46,783 nucleotides of DNA. Origin: an archaeon. GTDB taxonomy: Archaea > Undinarchaeota > CAZHTU01 > JBDRCC01. The notes beneath the pieces were generated by a model. It saw nothing but the letters and a program-made list of their open reading frames with translations, was not told the DNA's origin and made no database searches. How positions within the stretch are numbered: the stretch's first letter is position 1; each line of letters opens with the position of its first letter. The stretch spans positions 1 to 46,783 of the forward strand of contig JBDRCC010000019.1 in the NCBI GenBank assembly GCA_043822065.1. The letters are read 5' to 3'. Below, in pieces: positions 44,765 through 46,783 of the stretch. The position numbers were made by a program, and so were the translations under genes.

Positions 44765-46075
44765 TCAGCCAACTGCCTCTCCCCTGACAGTTACGAGGGT
44801 GTCCCTCGTGGCTGAATAGTAATAGTCCGCACCGGCGCGTATGCCGACGAGCTGCTGGAGGCTGACGGCATCCTTGTCGACGTTGAACCAGAGGACGTAG
44901 GTGTTGTACGTGCCTCCGCCGAGGAGGTCAAGGCTGTACCTCATATAGTTAAGGGCTTCGGCGTCACCAACAGGGGGCAGAGCCAGCAAAACCCATCCCT
45001 GTAGAGGTGGGGCTGGCCCTGGATCCGGAGTAGTGCCGGGGCTGGGGCTGACTTGAGTGGTAGATAACCCAACATACTTCCCTGCAGAGCAGGATAATAG
45101 ACTGGAACTAGGTAACATCGCTGGCTTGCAGAGCGTCTTTGTGAATATGTAGTACTCCGAATTTGAGGTGTCGTCGAACAGCCAGAGGTAGTCCCAGTTG
45201 ACCGAGCTTAGGGCATAGTCCGTTCCAGAAGCCGCGGAATTGTTGCAGTCCTTCTTGGCGCAGTACAGCATGCCAGCATCGGTGTCGGTCACGTTTGTGC
45301 CTGCCGGGATTACATACGCCTTCGGCACCTTCACCTGGATGGACTCAATCTTGTCAAGGTTCTGCTCGGCTACAGGGCCAGAGCCTTTGGCGGACATGAC
45401 CTTGCCCCCGCCGGAGTTTGTCAGGTCGATTCTTATTGGGAAAGAAGTGTCTGTGGCTGCCTGGAGGTCTGAGTAGTACATCACTGGCGCCGCCTTTATG
45501 TCGACGACCAGCGGGGCCTTGGTGTGCCCGCCGGAAGCCTGCGCCTGCCCGCCCTGCTCAGCCTGAACCTTCACTTCCTCTTTCTGGGTTATCAGGATGT
45601 CAGCCCAGCCCTCTGCCTTGTACCTGTAGTCGACACGGACGCCGAGGTTGTAACCCTGGGTGCCCATGAGGCCTTCAGGAGCCATAAGGTGCCACACCCA
45701 TTCGCGCTTGTCAGATGGGACTCCAGTTTCCAGGTCAAGCGGGTCAAGGTCGCTTGGAGCCCAAGAGGTGATGGTAGTTCCGCCAGCGCCCATTAGCTTG
45801 CCCATCCGGTAGAGGCTCGCAGTAACCTCCTTTGCAGGGTATTCCCCGTTGTTCGCAATCTCAAGGTTTACGCCGACGGTGTCCCCGGCGGCAATCTCCT
45901 TTTGGTCAGGGTAGAACTCTATTATCGCAAGCCCGGGCGCGGCAATGAGCGCCCCGCCCTTGCCAAGCTTGCTAGGCGAGAAGTTGAGCTTCCCTGACAT
46001 AACGAAGTAGAGCACGCCGGCTAGTATTAGTAATACTATTAGTGCGGCTGCTATGGGCGTCTTTTTATCCGACAT
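44765..46075 (-). CDS. Surface-protein array paralog 7 (TM anchor, no lipobox Cys)
   Basis: MSDKKTPIAAALIVLLILAGVLYFVMSG; GLAIIEFYP, IANNG, WHLMAP, YRY, APLVV, LTNSGGGKV, YYY; long Cys/Pro-rich insert. Confidence 0.85.
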   Translation of the reverse strand: MSDKKTPIAAALIVLLILAGVLYFVMSGKLNFSPSKLGKGGALIAAPGLAIIEFYPDQKEIAAGDTVGVNLEIANNGEYPAKEVTASLYRMGKLMGAGGTTITSWAPSDLDPLDLETGVPSDKREWVWHLMAPEGLMGTQGYNLGVRVDYRYKAEGWADILITQKEEVKVQAEQGGQAQASGGHTKAPLVVDIKAAPVMYYSDLQAATDTSFPIRIDLTNSGGGKVMSAKGSGPVAEQNLDKIESIQVKVPKAYVIPAGTNVTDTDAGMLYCAKKDCNNSAASGTDYALSSVNWDYLWLFDDTSNSEYYIFTKTLCKPAMLPSSSLLSCSAGKYVGLSTTQVSPSPGTTPDPGPAPPLQGWVLLALPPVGDAEALNYMRYSLDLLGGGTYNTYVLWFNVDKDAVSLQQLVGIRAGADYYYSATRDTLVTVRGEAVG

Positions 46076-46783
46076 TTGTTATCATCACCGGCTTTGTCTG
46101 GTAGACGACGTTCATCGTGTATTTTGCGTTGACAGTTACCTTGAAGCTGTCCTGTGTAAATGTTTGCGGATTTAGAGGGGAGTCTGTAGTCGTGTAATCT
46201 GGGTTAGGCGCAATCCATATGACGTACTGCTCCGGGCGGCTTGACATGGTGCTGATTTTTGCAGGGCGGAGCTTCATAATCTGGTAGTCTGGGTAGCTGG
46301 TGAACAATAAGCATTTCCCAGTATCCGGGTCGACGCCGTCGTCCCAGCACCCATGGCAGTTATCCGTCTGCTTGGTTCCTCCGCAGTATGCCCTCCCGCC
46401 TGCGATGTGCTCCTTTGGGACAAAGACAAAGCCGTCGTCAAGCTCTATCGTCAGTTCCTCGACGCAGTTCGGGATTATCCCCTGCGCCAGGCTGTTCGTC
46501 GCGTAGCCGCAGATGTCACGGATTTTTGATGCATCATCAGTATCAGCTAATGCCGTAAGAAGCGAACCTAGGGGTGGTTGCGTAACCGTGCCGTCGAAGT
46601 CTGCATCAATTTGGTCGGTGTTTACAACAGCAAACACCTCGCCGCTGAGGGCATATTCGAGGGTTATCTTGATTGGGATGATGTTCTGCTGGTCTTCCCA
46701 GCCGCCGTAGGTGCCTGACCCTGGCTTATAGTTGAGAATGACCGGGCGCGCCGGGACGTCGACCTTGACGCGGACCGGCGCTG
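46065..46783 (-). CDS. Surface-protein array paralog 8, C-terminal part (starts beyond window)
   Basis: Frame is open to the window edge: APVRVKVDVPARPVILNY...IPIKITLEYALSGEVFAVV...CVEELTIEL...YVIWI...NAKYTM, which matches the second-domain motif order. Confidence 0.75.
   Translation of the reverse strand, partial: APVRVKVDVPARPVILNYKPGSGTYGGWEDQQNIIPIKITLEYALSGEVFAVVNTDQIDADFDGTVTQPPLGSLLTALADTDDASKIRDICGYATNSLAQGIIPNCVEELTIELDDGFVFVPKEHIAGGRAYCGGTKQTDNCHGCWDDGVDPDTGKCLLFTSYPDYQIMKLRPAKISTMSSRPEQYVIWIAPNPDYTTTDSPLNPQTFTQDSFKVTVNAKYTMNVVYQTKPVMITNVG

Noticed and set aside
1-46783. CRISPR array, tRNA/rRNA genes, transposases, integrases, reverse transcriptase/DGR
   Set aside because: No regularly spaced repeats, cloverleaf-like sequences or such protein motifs seen by eye; intergenic gaps are mostly too short.

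Overview
Gene-dense archaeal chromosomal window, moderately GC-rich, with AT-rich TATA-like intergenic stretches. A single-chain PriS-PriL primase points to a DPANN-type lineage (inference). The left part carries central metabolism and housekeeping genes: deoxyhypusine synthase (partial), a KaiC-like ATPase with a long charged helical arm, a ZIP transporter, two-subunit ATP-citrate lyase, a Tes-type radical SAM tetraether lipid synthase, porCDAB, endonuclease IV, class II RNR with a cobalamin adenosyltransferase, Lrp with archaeal asparagine synthetase, ferredoxin, IscU/IscS, archease/RtcB, multi-domain DsbA proteins, a PQQ-type propeller and FBP aldolase/phosphatase. Two large orphan proteins follow. 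Next is the conserved primase-GINS-L44e-S27e-aIF2a-Nop10-PAC2 cluster, then an Endonuclease Q gene split at a metal-ligand motif by an AT-rich 516-aa LAGLIDADG intein. The last 8.5 kb is the best candidate for an undescribed system: a co-oriented tandem array of at least eight divergent paralogous secreted proteins with two beta-rich (probably Ig-like) domains. Most have an LGC lipobox-like signal, one has a TM anchor and one has an extra C-terminal domain, suggesting a hetero-oligomeric surface structure. No rRNA, tRNA, CRISPR array or transposase was recognised. All calls come from motif recognition by eye; no searches were run.
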